Notes under the pieces: generated by a model
Told to the model about the DNA's origin: nothing
Databases searched by the model: none
Seen by the model: only the letters and a program-made list of their open reading frames with translations
Shown here: piece after piece, positions 14,375 to 27,400 of the stretch
How positions within the stretch are numbered: position 1 is the first letter of the stretch
Layout of the letters: every line of letters begins with the position of its first letter
Made by a program: the position numbers and the translations under genes
Source: Lingula anatina
Lineage: Eukaryota > Animalia > Brachiopoda
DNA: 64,000 nucleotides
Assembly: GCA_051362555.1 (NCBI GenBank)
Contig: CM120641.1
Coordinates: 24,496,401-24,560,400 of the forward strand
Reading direction: 5' to 3'

Positions 14375-14880
14375 CCCTGTGCGAATTAAGAAGACCGAAT
14401 TTTTAAACTTAATTTTGTGTTCCATCTTACCCTGCCCAAGGACTTGTCCACAACGCTTTAAAGCAAGTCTGCTTAGAATAGAGACACTAGCATTTGACTT
14501 GCAGCCAAATGCTGGCGCTGCAGAAGTAGCTTAGATTTGCTTGAGACACGGCATATAGTATTGCTGAAAGAGCAGCTTAGATGGTAGATTTTACCGATGT
14601 AGAGTAGTAAAACACAACACAGCGGACTTTTTTAAAGCTGTGCTTAAAGGATTCTTTAAAAATCTCTGACACAGGCATATTGCAGTTATGAAAGCAATTT
14701 AAGGCAGCTTGTTTACTGATAACGATAGTTCTGCTTAAAACGAAAGATTAGCATCAAGTGACTCTGCCTACACGTCAACTGCATCGGTTCTGCTTAGAAT
14801 CGATATATCTATGGCATAAATTGCATACATGCTTCATTAGCTCAGAACATTGAAGTAGTTCCGGTGATAAAAACTTAGCT
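14375..14880. repeat. Degenerate periodic repeat with a GCTTA core, probably transposon subterminal repeats
   Basis: TCTGCTTAGAA/GCAGCTTAGA-like cores at about 14467, 14526, 14572, 14640, 14704, 14730 and 14789. Confidence 0.45.
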
Positions 14881-16281
14881 TAATTACCAAACAAAAGTCA
14901 GGTAATTAAGTAATGATCTGCTGCATAATGTCAACAACGTTTTTGTTTACTCAATACCAGACTGCATTTCTTGCCCGATCTAAATGAATTACAAAGCCAC
15001 ATAATAAAATAATGAACGAAAAAAAAAGCTGTTGTTTTTATTGACTTGCTATTTCGTGTCGCTTGGTCACTTGTGGTAACAATGTAAACGCAATTTAGAA
15101 CTCCCAACGTTTTTTTCCCCAAAAACTTTTTTGAACGCAATGAATATCTTTAAACCTTTTGTTCATACCGGTAGGTTCAAGCACGCGATTCACCATCAAG
15201 CACATGGTCATGCTTATCGCTGGTGTTTTCAACATAGATGACCATCCTCTCATCACCATATATTTTTTCGGTAAATGATGGTCTTCTTCTATTTTCCCAC
15301 TTCAGTCGATTTAGTTAAATAGTACACTCATCCGTGGTGACGATGGGCCTATTGCGCGTGAAGCCCTATCATATCAATTAAGAAAGCTTAAGTGAGTGTC
15401 CATTACGAAAATCGTGACTTGGAGATTCACCAAAACAGAAATGTCGTATCAATTATCATCTGTAATTCTGATAATATCGCTGTTTAAGGCTTTTCCTTCA
15501 TTTGTCATAAATCGTATCATATTTATTCTTTCTCTCTATTCATTAATTTATTGCCACTATTCTCTATCTCTTGTGGTGGGGAATGACGATACCCCTATAA
15601 GGAGGTAAGGGGGTATATTTACAGAAACTTTTTACCAGACGGGTACATTCAAAATGACTGGGAAATGACCGGTTTATCGTACCGTGTCCTTCTATTTCTA
15701 TTTTGTTTATTGAAAAAAAGCAGTATAGATAACAAACCAGAGGATGTATACATACAAGTGGCGATAGTAAATCATACACGATCCAACCAGAACCATGATT
15801 TCAACATCATGGCATGCACCGTAATGCACTCCGTAACTTTCAATCCGGAAGATTCTCTTACTCTGTTTTTTTTTTTAATAGTCACTTAATTTCAGATTGA
15901 AGTCATTAAAGATGTCTGACTTTGATATGCCAGTGGGAAAAACTGCAGACTTTGAATTAAAGTTCAAGGCAATTGTTCTTGTTCATAAAATTTGGCAAAT
16001 GATTTTGAAATTCTGCCAATTTTGAGTGAAATTTACCCAATAATAAAAAATTGACAAATTATTTTTATCTGCAGGCAAAGCAAAGTCCAACGAACAAAAT
16101 TTGGTTTTTGTATCTTGGTGGAAAGAACTCTCGACTTGCCTCACGTTTTGCCTGGTTGACAGCAAATTTACACGATCCTCGCTGATCAGTTTTACGTTCC
16201 ATTATCACAACACTGAGATTCAATTTTGTCATCTTGGATTAAAGACAACACACTAACGACAGGTTTCGAATCATCTCAGAA

Positions 16282-16287
16282 TTTATT
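16282..16287 (-). terminator. Candidate DLST polyadenylation signal (AATAAA on minus)
   Basis: TTTATT on + followed, on the minus strand, by a GU-rich stretch (+ strand aaagacaacacactaac). It sits where CpG depletion ends. Other AATAAA hexamers exist in the about 2-kb 3' region. Confidence 0.35.
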
Positions 16288-18247
16288 ATCTTTTCACCCT
16301 TACTAACGTCCATCATCCATTTAACTTGTAGAACACAAAAGCAAGCAGTCACTGAATCAACGAAGCCACTTGAATTAAAGAGATAATAACTCTTCGTATG
16401 AGATCTATATTTCACAATAAAAACATTGTAAACAACTCATAGAAATATAATTTATTGTTTTGCCACAAAAACGGCAGTTATACTATTATTCTGATATCTG
16501 AGCTTGTCTTAAGAGATTATAACACAAAACCAAACTTTTTAGAAAAAAAAAAACAAGTACTAACTTTGAATGTAGAAATGGATTCGTTCACCATTGGTAA
16601 GTATGGGAAAATTGACGTTTACTCCGGGAAAATTCATTTTTTGGCCAAAACGAAGTTATTATCCCTTTAAGTCAGAGGCAAGAATACAATTTATGGGGAA
16701 ACAGAGGTGAGACCAGACTTTATGGGCTCATTCCCAATGAAGCTATCGTTCCACATAGATGGATCCAATTCTGTGGGTACTCTCACAATCAGATTAACAT
16801 GCCTCTTCATTAACATACTCGAAAAACACCTGCTTTTCTGCATTCTACTCCACGCCAGGAGGCATGTCAATCTGTTTGGATTCAGCAAGATTCCCCATTG
16901 ACTTGGATTGATCTTCATAGAATGATAGTTTCACTGGGAATGAGCCCTAACCGTATAAGGAGGAAGACTAATGTGGATGAAAGTGTACATCCTTTTTTAT
17001 ATTGGTAAACAATATTTGGATATTTCTACTGCATGCTAGTCTAACCACTATATCCAATAATTTTCACAAAAAATCTGGTGCATTTTCACTGTCCCTTATC
17101 TGACATTATAAATAATAAAGTTTTAGTAGAACTCACTTTGAGAAAGATCATGGTTTACATTGCTTTTTAGGTTTTTTAACCAAAATTATTGCAAATGACA
17201 AAAAAAAAAAAAAAAAAAAAAAAAATTATATTTTCTTTACTGTATGAGATTTCTCCTCTTAGGTTAGTACCTAGAGAAAACTTACAAATAATTTCAAAAT
17301 TGTAAGGCAAATGCAGTACAAAATAAAAAATTAACTCTATTTATCAAATTTGTACATTCATTGAAATATTATTTCTGAGAGCATTTTTTTTGTTTGACAA
17401 TGAAATAAGTAGGACACACCTTTCTTAAACACTGGCCTTTGTGCGTTTAAATTTGTTTAACTTGTCTAGTCTGGAGTAACCATCCAAGTATAATAACACA
17501 TAACCAAATATGTAATAATTGAAACTTGAGAATTGCATTTCCAACAATAGTTGTAAAACAAATAACATAGATATATTTTAGCAGTTCAATGTTTAGTTAA
17601 ATCTTTTTGTTTGCAATAACAATCCTAATATTTGATACCACTACGTAAGACTTCTACATTTACTAAGCAAGTCAGTTCTCTTATGCTACTGTTATTATTA
17701 TCTGATGCTTTATATTTAATAGGGATCTGGGTGAGAATCATTCTGACTGTGCTCATACTGAGTTTTTAAGAGTTATCCATACAGGGAAATTTGAACTACA
17801 TCAATTTTTGTCTGGAACATAAGATAAACATTTTTGGTCAGGCATTATGTTTGGCATATTCATTCCTTAAAAGGTGCAAATTGAAAGGGTATTAACGTTT
17901 TTGTCAGTCATAATCTGGGATAGTTTGAAACTGGTGCAATTTGGTTTCAACTTACCAAAGTTCACCATAATACTTTTGTATCACAAATGTCCATACATAA
18001 GAAACAAACAATTCAGTAAAGCATGTTTACAAACATAAAAAGTGCCTTTACGCTTAAACAAAACCTAGTGTCAACCAACAATTAATTCCAGAACAGCTGT
18101 GTATATAATATACCAGTAAATGTATGCATCATATCCTTCCAGTGTCAATGCCGACTTAAAGAGAACTTTTTGTCAGGAATCGGACAGCAATAATTATAAT
18201 AACCCAGAAAACAAGAGCCTTCCAAGAGCCCCTGTCCACACCTGTCA

Positions 18248-20416
18248 TCATAAACCCAGGAGATGAATTATTGGGTTCTCCACAGCGGACTTTATTTTAC
18301 GCAGAAATGTAACTGCCTCCCTTCCGTCTATTAATCGATGGTCGTACGTTAATGCTGCATACATCATGGGCCTGATTTCAACCTGAAGAGGCAGAAGAAC
18401 CTTTTGTTAAATTGCATACACAAAATACACAAACCAAGAATAATATGATAACATGCAAGTCACAAGATTTAATTTAAAGAAATTGGGTTTCATTTTCTGC
18501 AAAATGAGGCAGAAAATCATATTCATGAAGTTAAAGTTTGTTTGAGCACTTACAATGACTGTTGTTAAATTATAAAAGACAAATTGACAAGATCGCCATA
18601 TAAGATTCCAAAGTTTAACTCAAATGTTCATGTGTGCTGTTATGCTGAAAAGAATTTGCTACATATACTGGTTATTCTTTTAATACGAACGTTGAAGAAC
18701 TACTTGTGTTTAGGGAAATAAACAATCTAAATATCAATTAACAGGAATAATTTGAAAATGTCCATACACCCAAATCCAATATTTCGGGAAAACTTGGGTC
18801 ATTGTTATCTGATAAATCATTGAAACAATATCATGGCCTTGACATTAACAGAAAATGCACTGAATATCGGCACCATTAATTTAGAATATATTTTAAATTC
18901 TATACGCATTATACATATCCAGGTAAACAGAGAGTCTCTTCGAAAAGCACCAAACATTATAAATTTAATGTTTGATAGAGAAACACAACAGCTCACTTGA
19001 GAATAGCAAATTCAACGTCCCCCCCTTGCCCCACACACAATATCCTGCTATGTGACAATAAAAACTAATCAAGTGCCAGCACCTTCAACACAGTATAACA
19101 TGTACCTGTTAAAAAAGGCAGACATGCTGCTGAAAGCAGTCATCTCCCAATATTATGTTTGATATAATAAAACATTGTTTTGAATAAAAAAAAAATAAAA
19201 ACACAAAAAAAACACAAAAATTTTACTACTTTGTTTAACACTAAAAACATTGTAAAAAAAAAACTTATTAAAAAGTTCACCTTCACAAACTTCCTCACAT
19301 CATCCTTCTTGGATGCTTACCTTGCCATTCACTGCAACAGGTCTATCAAAAATGGCATGCATCCCCAGAATAGCCGACTGTGGAAGATTAATGATGGGCA
19401 TGCCAAACAGTGAGCCAAATACTCCGCCATTACTGATGGTGAAAGTGCCTCCGTCCATGTCTTCAATAGCCAACTGGCCATCACGAGCCTGATGAAAGTT
19501 TATTTCACTCTTTCATTCATGTTATTCATCCTTTTAACTATAATGTGAGCTAAGGAATTTCACTGATTAAAACAAATTTCCCTTAAAAAGTATTTGATGT
19601 TTTTCTTTCTTTTTCTTTCTGGAAATACATTCCAACTTTGGCTCATGATTGTTAATTGTCTTATTCTCTCCATCTAAAGTTTGTGTCAACTTAAGTGTAA
19701 AATCTAGTATCAATCTGTGACATGGAATAATCATTTAGAAAGATCATTTTAACTTAATATTGTTTTAAACAATTCTAAAATCAGAAAAATTCTTTTGGTG
19801 ACCATAACTTAAAAGATCTTTCCTAAGAGATATTGTTAAAAAATCTCTGAATATCTAAATGTAAGTAAAACAAATTGTGCTGTGTTTCAATTTAGGATGT
19901 CATCATCACCATTTCTCTTAAGTACCTTTTTTCCTAATTCATTGATAGCTAATTCAATGTCAGCAAAATTCATGGTTTCTACATTCCGTATAACTGGCAC
20001 CACAAGTCCCTAGAAGAAAAAAGACAAAAACTAACAAACTGATGAAAAAACTATTTATATTTTCTCATTCTATTTAGAAAACTTACCAATTTAAAATCAT
20101 TAGAATGACAATGCTGCATCTTTACCACTATATATTTATCACTTTCTAAGTCCTATTGAGGCTTAAAAAAAAAGATAAATATACAAATATATTTCATCTC
20201 AACTGGATATCTAGCATTCTTTAGAAATAAAAAATAAAAATATCTGAGGTAGATGCAAGAGGCTTAGAGCACATTTTGTGTCATTTTTAAAACATTTTGG
20301 AGCTAAGGCAATCTTTATAACCTTTGCTTCTAATAAAACAAAATGAAAAGGCATCCGGTAAATATTACTTAAAAAATGAGACAAGCACATTACAAACGCT
20401 TATGTGACTAAAAACT

Positions 20417-20467
<51 letters not shown>

Positions 20468-21063
20468 TTTCCAACAGACATACATGACAGAAAAAATGTA
20501 GGATCAAATATTGGACAGATGAGTTCAGAGAAGTACCAAGTGAACAATATTGCTTGCATAAATACTAAACTCACAGTGATGCACACAGAAATTGGTTAAT
20601 CACTTTCATCTAAACACCAAATGTGGTTGACCATTCTATAATCAATGTATATATAATAGTTATTAATACTACACCCTGTGTACACTGGCAGTGACAAGGT
20701 CTATACGTACTTACACCTATTGCACCTCTTGGAGCATAAGCCACCTAAAAGATCCCTCCATCCTTTCTGTTCTGTTTAACACCACAAAACGGGGCAATTG
20801 CTCAATTATATGCTGGTGATGCAATTACAATAAACAACAGAGCTGTTTGCTGGCGTTTACCTTTGGTGTTGCCACAGCAACACTTATATCAACATAGTCC
20901 CTGTAAACAATTTCTTTCTCATCTATAACAGCATTCACCACTGGCTGGTCCATGAGAGCAGAGGCAGAGGCCTTAACAAAAGCAGACATAAAACCAAGTT
21001 TTATGCCATGCTTTTTCACAAAGGCCTCTTGATGCATCTTTCTAATTTCCATAAGATTACTGA

Positions 21064-21098
<35 letters not shown>

Positions 21099-23229
21099 CA
21101 ATGATCCAACTGAAAAAATTAAGACACGGAAACTTCAAGGGGATGAAGTGCTTCTGACACAATCTTTAAATCATGTTCAGACATTTTTTTAAACAAACTC
21201 TCCAAACTTGTGTTTGCTTGAGGCCAAAAAGTTGGTGTTTTTCACATAAAGTAATATAACTAGTGACCAAAGGCATCAATCATCATTTACCTCATATCAA
21301 TTTCTTGAGTTGTTGTGAGCATTGCACATTTATTTTGAGCATCCTTGAGACGCATTGCTGTGGCAAGCCTTATTCTTGTCATTTTTATCTGAAAAGATTA
21401 TAAATATAATAATTACAATAATAATACTGAGTTTTTAACCTTCATGTTTAAATCTGTAAACATTTTTCCACACAGTAAGTCAACTTACAACCTTACAAAT
21501 ACAACATACAGAATATTACTCTAAAAAGAGTAAAAGACAACATTTAAAGAAATTGTAGTACTAATCAATTTTAAAAGCTTTATTTTTCGTCTCATGTTTT
21601 CTTAATTTCACGACTCAATGTTGCCCTCACCCTCTGTTCTTGCCTAGTTCCTGCAGGAGGTTTGCTGGCAATACCCCCAGATGGCGCTGTTACAGGCGTA
21701 GGCTTTAGTGATGCTGTGGGAACTTCACTCATGGGTTGCCGTGGTGGTTGTGGGATTGGCGGAGGGCTGGAGGGGATGGGTCCACTGGCTGAACCAGCTG
21801 GTTGTGCGGGTGGGGGCTGGACAGCAGGTTCAGCTGATGGTGCCTTCTCTGCCGCAGCTTCTGGCTTTTTGGCTGGTGCTTCTCCTAACAGCCAAAAAGT
21901 TCAATTTGGTGAGTCTATCATGTGAAATGCTACCCCTGCCAATTTTTAACTTTAATAAATTAAAACAAATATAAAAACATCTTCCCATGAAACTAATTAA
22001 ATACATAAAAATTTATCAGGGCTCATGTTAAATTTTGCTCTGATCAGACATCTGGGCTACTGTTTCACAGACTAGGGCAGTTACACTCAGGTGTCAGTTG
22101 AAAATATGTCAAGCTTCATCATACAATGTCTTTAGCGTCAATGTCACGTCATGTCATGTGCCATATGACCTAATGTCATGTGACAATACATGCCAAGTCA
22201 TGTGAAGTCATATAATTTATGATATCAAGTTATGTAACATAGGGTGCTTTCCCAGAGATTTAGATCGATCTAAAGATTAAGATTTAAATCGACCTAACTC
22301 CCTGGGGGTTCACGCTAAATTGCAGTCAGCCGAGCGGGCACCATAGTTAATTACCCCCTTACAGCTTTTAATAGGCGGGACAGACGCTTAAGCTGACAGT
22401 AATCTAGTGACACTCCCCACAGGGATAGATCGATCTAAAAATCTATGGAAATGGGGTGATAATGATTTCATGTAATATAATTTCGATCACTGTGAGCTGA
22501 TGTGCTACGTTACACTGTGCAATGGTAATGCTGTCATGCAAGATCACCACTTGGTATTCCAAAGAAAGGAGGAGGAATATCCCAACAGTAACTAAAAGAC
22601 CAATTCTGACTATTGTTTGAAGAGAGCACAGACTTCAAACATGTACTAGCACAGGTGTTTAAATCACAGCATGGGTTCACAAATGATAATTCAACAACAA
22701 AAATAGGATCAAATGTTGGGAGCACAAACAATATTCCAAGATACTCAGGAAGTATATATTAACAAATTAGAGCAAATTGATACTATGGATTATAATGGGC
22801 CATCCTACACAAGTGTTATATAGTCATATATATTTCAATACCTTATTGTGTGGCATTATAAGTAACAATTACTCCTACATACTCATAAAATGTGATACTT
22901 TTGTGAAAAATACTGTTGGTCGTTCCATAATTAGAATCCTCTGTTGCTAGAGATAATGAAAGGACAAAGAATTCAGTCTGTCACACATCTAAGAGTGTTT
23001 GCCAGTACATGATACTAAATATTTTTACTCTCAGATTTTCAAAGTAATTGTCAAATACAATGCCCCATCTTTGAATACCTTATAAGCATCTGTTTTGTGT
23101 TTGCCAGTTTCCAAGAAAGGACTGCGATGAACTTAAAGTAAATCAGTACCAACATGTTCTACTGTTTCAATAATTGTGATGAATATTTTGTGTGAAGAAA
23201 TAGCCAAGTGTTAAAATATATGCAAAAAA

Positions 23230-23312
<83 letters not shown>

Positions 23313-24397
23313 AAAGAGGAGGGTGGAGAGGGATTGTACAAACAAGAGATATCCCAGTTTATAAAATACACTAAAAAAAGTGATATCATGTTATGTCATG
23401 CCATGTGAGGTCATATATTATATCAAGTTACGTAACATGATGGTGATTTCATATAATGTGAACTAATGTGTTATGTTACATTGTGCAATGGTAATGGTGT
23501 CTTGTGAGATCAACACTTGGTATTCCAAAGAAAGGAGGAATAACCCAACTATAACTGAAAGACCAATTCTGACTATTGTTTGAAGAGAGCACAGACTTCA
23601 AACATGTACTAGCACAGGTGTTTAAATCAAAGCATGGGTTCACAAATGATAATTCAACAAATTAGGATCAAATGTTGGGAGCACAAACACGATTCCAAGA
23701 TACTCAGAAAGTATATATTAACAAATTAGAGCAAATTGATACTATGGATTATATGGGCCATCCTACACAAGTGTTCTATAGTCATATATATTTCAATACC
23801 TCATTATGTGGCATAATAAGTAACAATTACTCCTACATATTCATAAAATGTGATACTTTTGTGAAAAAAACTGTTTGTCGTTTCATAATTAGGATCTTCT
23901 GTTGGTAGAGATAATGAGAGGACAAAGTCTGTTACACATCTAATAGTGTTTGCCAGTATATGACACTAAATATTTATAGTCTCAGATTTTCAAAGTAATT
24001 GTCAAATACAATACCCCATACCTTTTTCCCAGGCATTTTATTTGAATCGCTTTCAAACAAGACCCAGTATCTATACAGCAGATTTTTGAAACTGTCCGGT
24101 ATTTATTAAAGAGCCAAAATCCCAGGTTACTACAGAGAGGAATTGGTTGAGAAGTGAAATCGAAGGTTCAACTGAGCAGGTGAAAAAATTCAAATTGAAG
24201 TTGGCAGTTAGGTGGAAACCCAAGGGTAACAGAATTCAGTTTGAGTTTAATGCCAATTTAGAAGATCATTTGTCGCAAAAAAAGTCAAGAAAAGAAATTA
24301 GTTGATTAAAATCGCTGATTCTAGTGAAGGCGGTTGGGGCAATTCAGAAGATGAGAGGATGATAAACAAAGCAGGAAGTAAAGCACTGAAAAAGCAA

Positions 24398-24429
<32 letters not shown>

Positions 24430-27400
24430 AAAAAAAAAATTAGCATAAACCGTACAAAATCTAAATATGAATCTTCTGCTTCCTTCTCAACTAATTTTTC
24501 TCATCAGTGTTTCTTGGGTACAGCTTGAATTTAGAATCTGGCTTAATGAAAATTCCAGATGCGTGGCTTCACAAAATAAGTCAAGGTATCAATGATATTA
24601 CTAATTTCTACAAAAAGAAAGGTTCTATACATGTTCATCAAATTGCCAGCTTAGTAGGTCAGATTATCACATTGTCATTTGTAACTGAAAATATTGTCTG
24701 TATCATGATAAAAAAAATTTAAGCTATGATGTAGTAAAAGCTGGTTCATGGAAAGAGCAAATTGCTTTGAATGAGCTAAGTTAAAAACAAATTAATTTTT
24801 GGAAAGACAATTTAGAGAGATTTGTTGAAAGGCAGTTTATAGTGGACCACTGCATACAAAAGGTAGTTTCTAGTGATGCCAGTGGAGTAGGGTATGGAGG
24901 ATATATGGCTCAGCATCTTTTGGACATTGCACATGGAATGTGGGATCAAAATGAAAGGCTTTGTAGTTCAATGTGGAGGGAACTTGTTGCTGCAAAAAGT
25001 GTTTGGCTCTTTTTTGACATTTTATGTTAGAAAATCTGTTAAGTGGTTTTCAGATAACACAGGTGTAGTGAATATCATTGAAAAGGGTAGTATGAAAAAA
25101 AATTTGCGTTATGCATTGTTAACAGAGTTACGTTTCATGCAGAATGGGTTCCACGCAGAGAAAATCAGTATGCTGATCAAATCAGCCGAATAGTTGATAA
25201 TGGTGATTGGGGTGTAAGTGGATGTATTTTTGATTATTTGGAATCAATATGGGGACCTCATGAAATAGACTTTTTAGCAACAGAGTACAATAAAAAGTTA
25301 CCTGTGTTTTATTCCGATATTTGACAAGATGGGCAAACGGAGTTGATGCATTTACTGTTTATTGGAGTAGTATAAATGGGTGGAATGTTCCACCATTTTG
25401 TATATTGCCAAAAGTATTTCTGTATTTGAAACGGTGTAGAGCGTATGTTACTCTCATAACACCAGACTGGCCGTCAGCAAGTTTTTGGCCGTTAGCGTAT
25501 CAAAATGAAAACCTTGTAAAATTAGTAGCTGATTGCAGAGAACTGCCAAGAGAAAAAAAAGAATTTTATGGAATGGGGAAGTTTTGTAATATTTTTTTTT
25601 TTGGAAGAAGGTATCTTCCATTTAAAATGTATGCTGTAAGGATTGATTTTCCTGTTTGATGGCAATAAATTTGCTAATAATGATATTATCTTTATAAATC
25701 TGTTTTTGCAGAATTTCAAGGTGAAAGTGTAACAGTTGTCAGCAGAGTTGGCAGCCAAAATGGGCTTTATGGCAGAGCTTGATGCGGGAGTTGTGCAGAT
25801 AGCACAGTGAGAAGCTATCATGCAGCATATCTTAGATGGAAGGAATAATAAGAAAAAGGATATTTTGCCTGCAAAATATTTTCACATTGCTTTATATATA
25901 TCATGTTTGGCTAAAAAAGCAAATTCTCCAGCTCCAGTTAATAATGCATTTTATGGTATAAAATGGGCACATTCAGTAAAAAGTGAGAAGTCTTCAACTG
26001 ATTGTGATTTGGTTAAAATTGTTTTGATGAATAGGCAAGATGCCTTTGTTGAAAATATCTGTGAGAGGGTCCCTTCAGATAAGGGTGCCTTATTTGGCTG
26101 ATGGGGACAAGAAATCCCAGTAGTAACTGTTACAAATGGTCAGATGATTGACATTTTTTGTGTTGTATGTCGCATGTATCATCTTTTATCCATTTTTTTT
26201 CAATAAACATGAGCCTAGATAGCATCAGCATTCCAACTCTAATAAAGTGTGTATGTTAAAATACTAATTGCAGTGTCATTAATTATGTAGGAGATCAAAC
26301 CTTCACTATGGCACAAATGCTGATACTTTCCCCTTCAGCAACTATTGTGTCACAGACCAATGACCTAGATTTCCCCTTTTGTTTTTTGCATATTGAAGTG
26401 GGCTGTTTTAAAACAAATTGGGTATTGAATATTGATACAACTCATTATGTTGAAAACTTTCAATAACCAAGCTGGTCCTCTTTTAATGTTTAAACCAGCT
26501 TATGGGTTATATAGTCTTTGTGAAAGTGGCTCACATTCAAGCAAAATTGCATTCTTACAGCAACTTTCTTCTCCAACACAATCATTAAATCACATACTGT
26601 CAATATTTGGACACTTCCAGTTATAAAAGCGTTCAACTAAAAACACCAAAGTTGCATGATATAATATAACTAAAAGTAGGCCATTTTCACATACTCATGT
26701 TTGACAATTGACCAAAAGGTTTTTACTTTCTGAAGCATGCACATATACAAGAAATACATGTTCCCTTTAAAGAGGATTTTACCAACTTCTACTAGTGCAT
26801 CCTTTTTTTTCTTGATTCAAGTGAAGTGTTATTATTGTCTCTGTCAGACCTTACACAGTTAACAGAGTAGCTGTTAGCATACCATCTGGGTTTTACATCG
26901 TACTTGGATCAGCAAGGATGAAGTTTTACTCACAGTAAGTACCACAGCCACCGCTGGTCAACATTTTACACAGTCAACCTGCCAGCACTGCTACACTCAC
27001 CTCATATATCCGTTCAAAACATCACTTCCAAGCACATGATCCCTTAATATTTCAATATAATATCACAAGAAGACACTAGCTAAAAATCTGTCTGGAAACA
27101 ATGCCATGAGTCCCTTTCCTTTAAGTAGCTAAAATGCTGTTTTAATACTGTATTTTTTTTTCTTTTTTTTTTTATAAATATAATTCAGCAAACTGTGAAC
27201 ATGTTGCCCACAATGTGTATTGTGAGACCAATTAAGGGGGTGGGGGGGGGGGGGGGCGTCTTCAGTTCATTTGTGAACACAGCCCCTGAAGTGACAGGAG
27301 CTTTTAAAAGACATCACAAAACAAGAACGTACATGCACCAAATACAATACCTGTAATTCTTATTTTGAACAGAGCTGTTCCAGCTTCTACTGTGGTTCCA

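Larger units (their letters stand above)
22190..24019. repeat. Local tandem duplication of an about 630-bp unit (copy 1 about 22190-23068, copy 2 about 23390-24019)
   Basis: Long near-identical blocks such as GACCAATTCTGACTATTGTTTGAAGAGAGCACAGACTTCAAACATGTACTAGCACAGG occur in both copies. An (AAAT)n tract lies between them. Confidence 0.92.
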
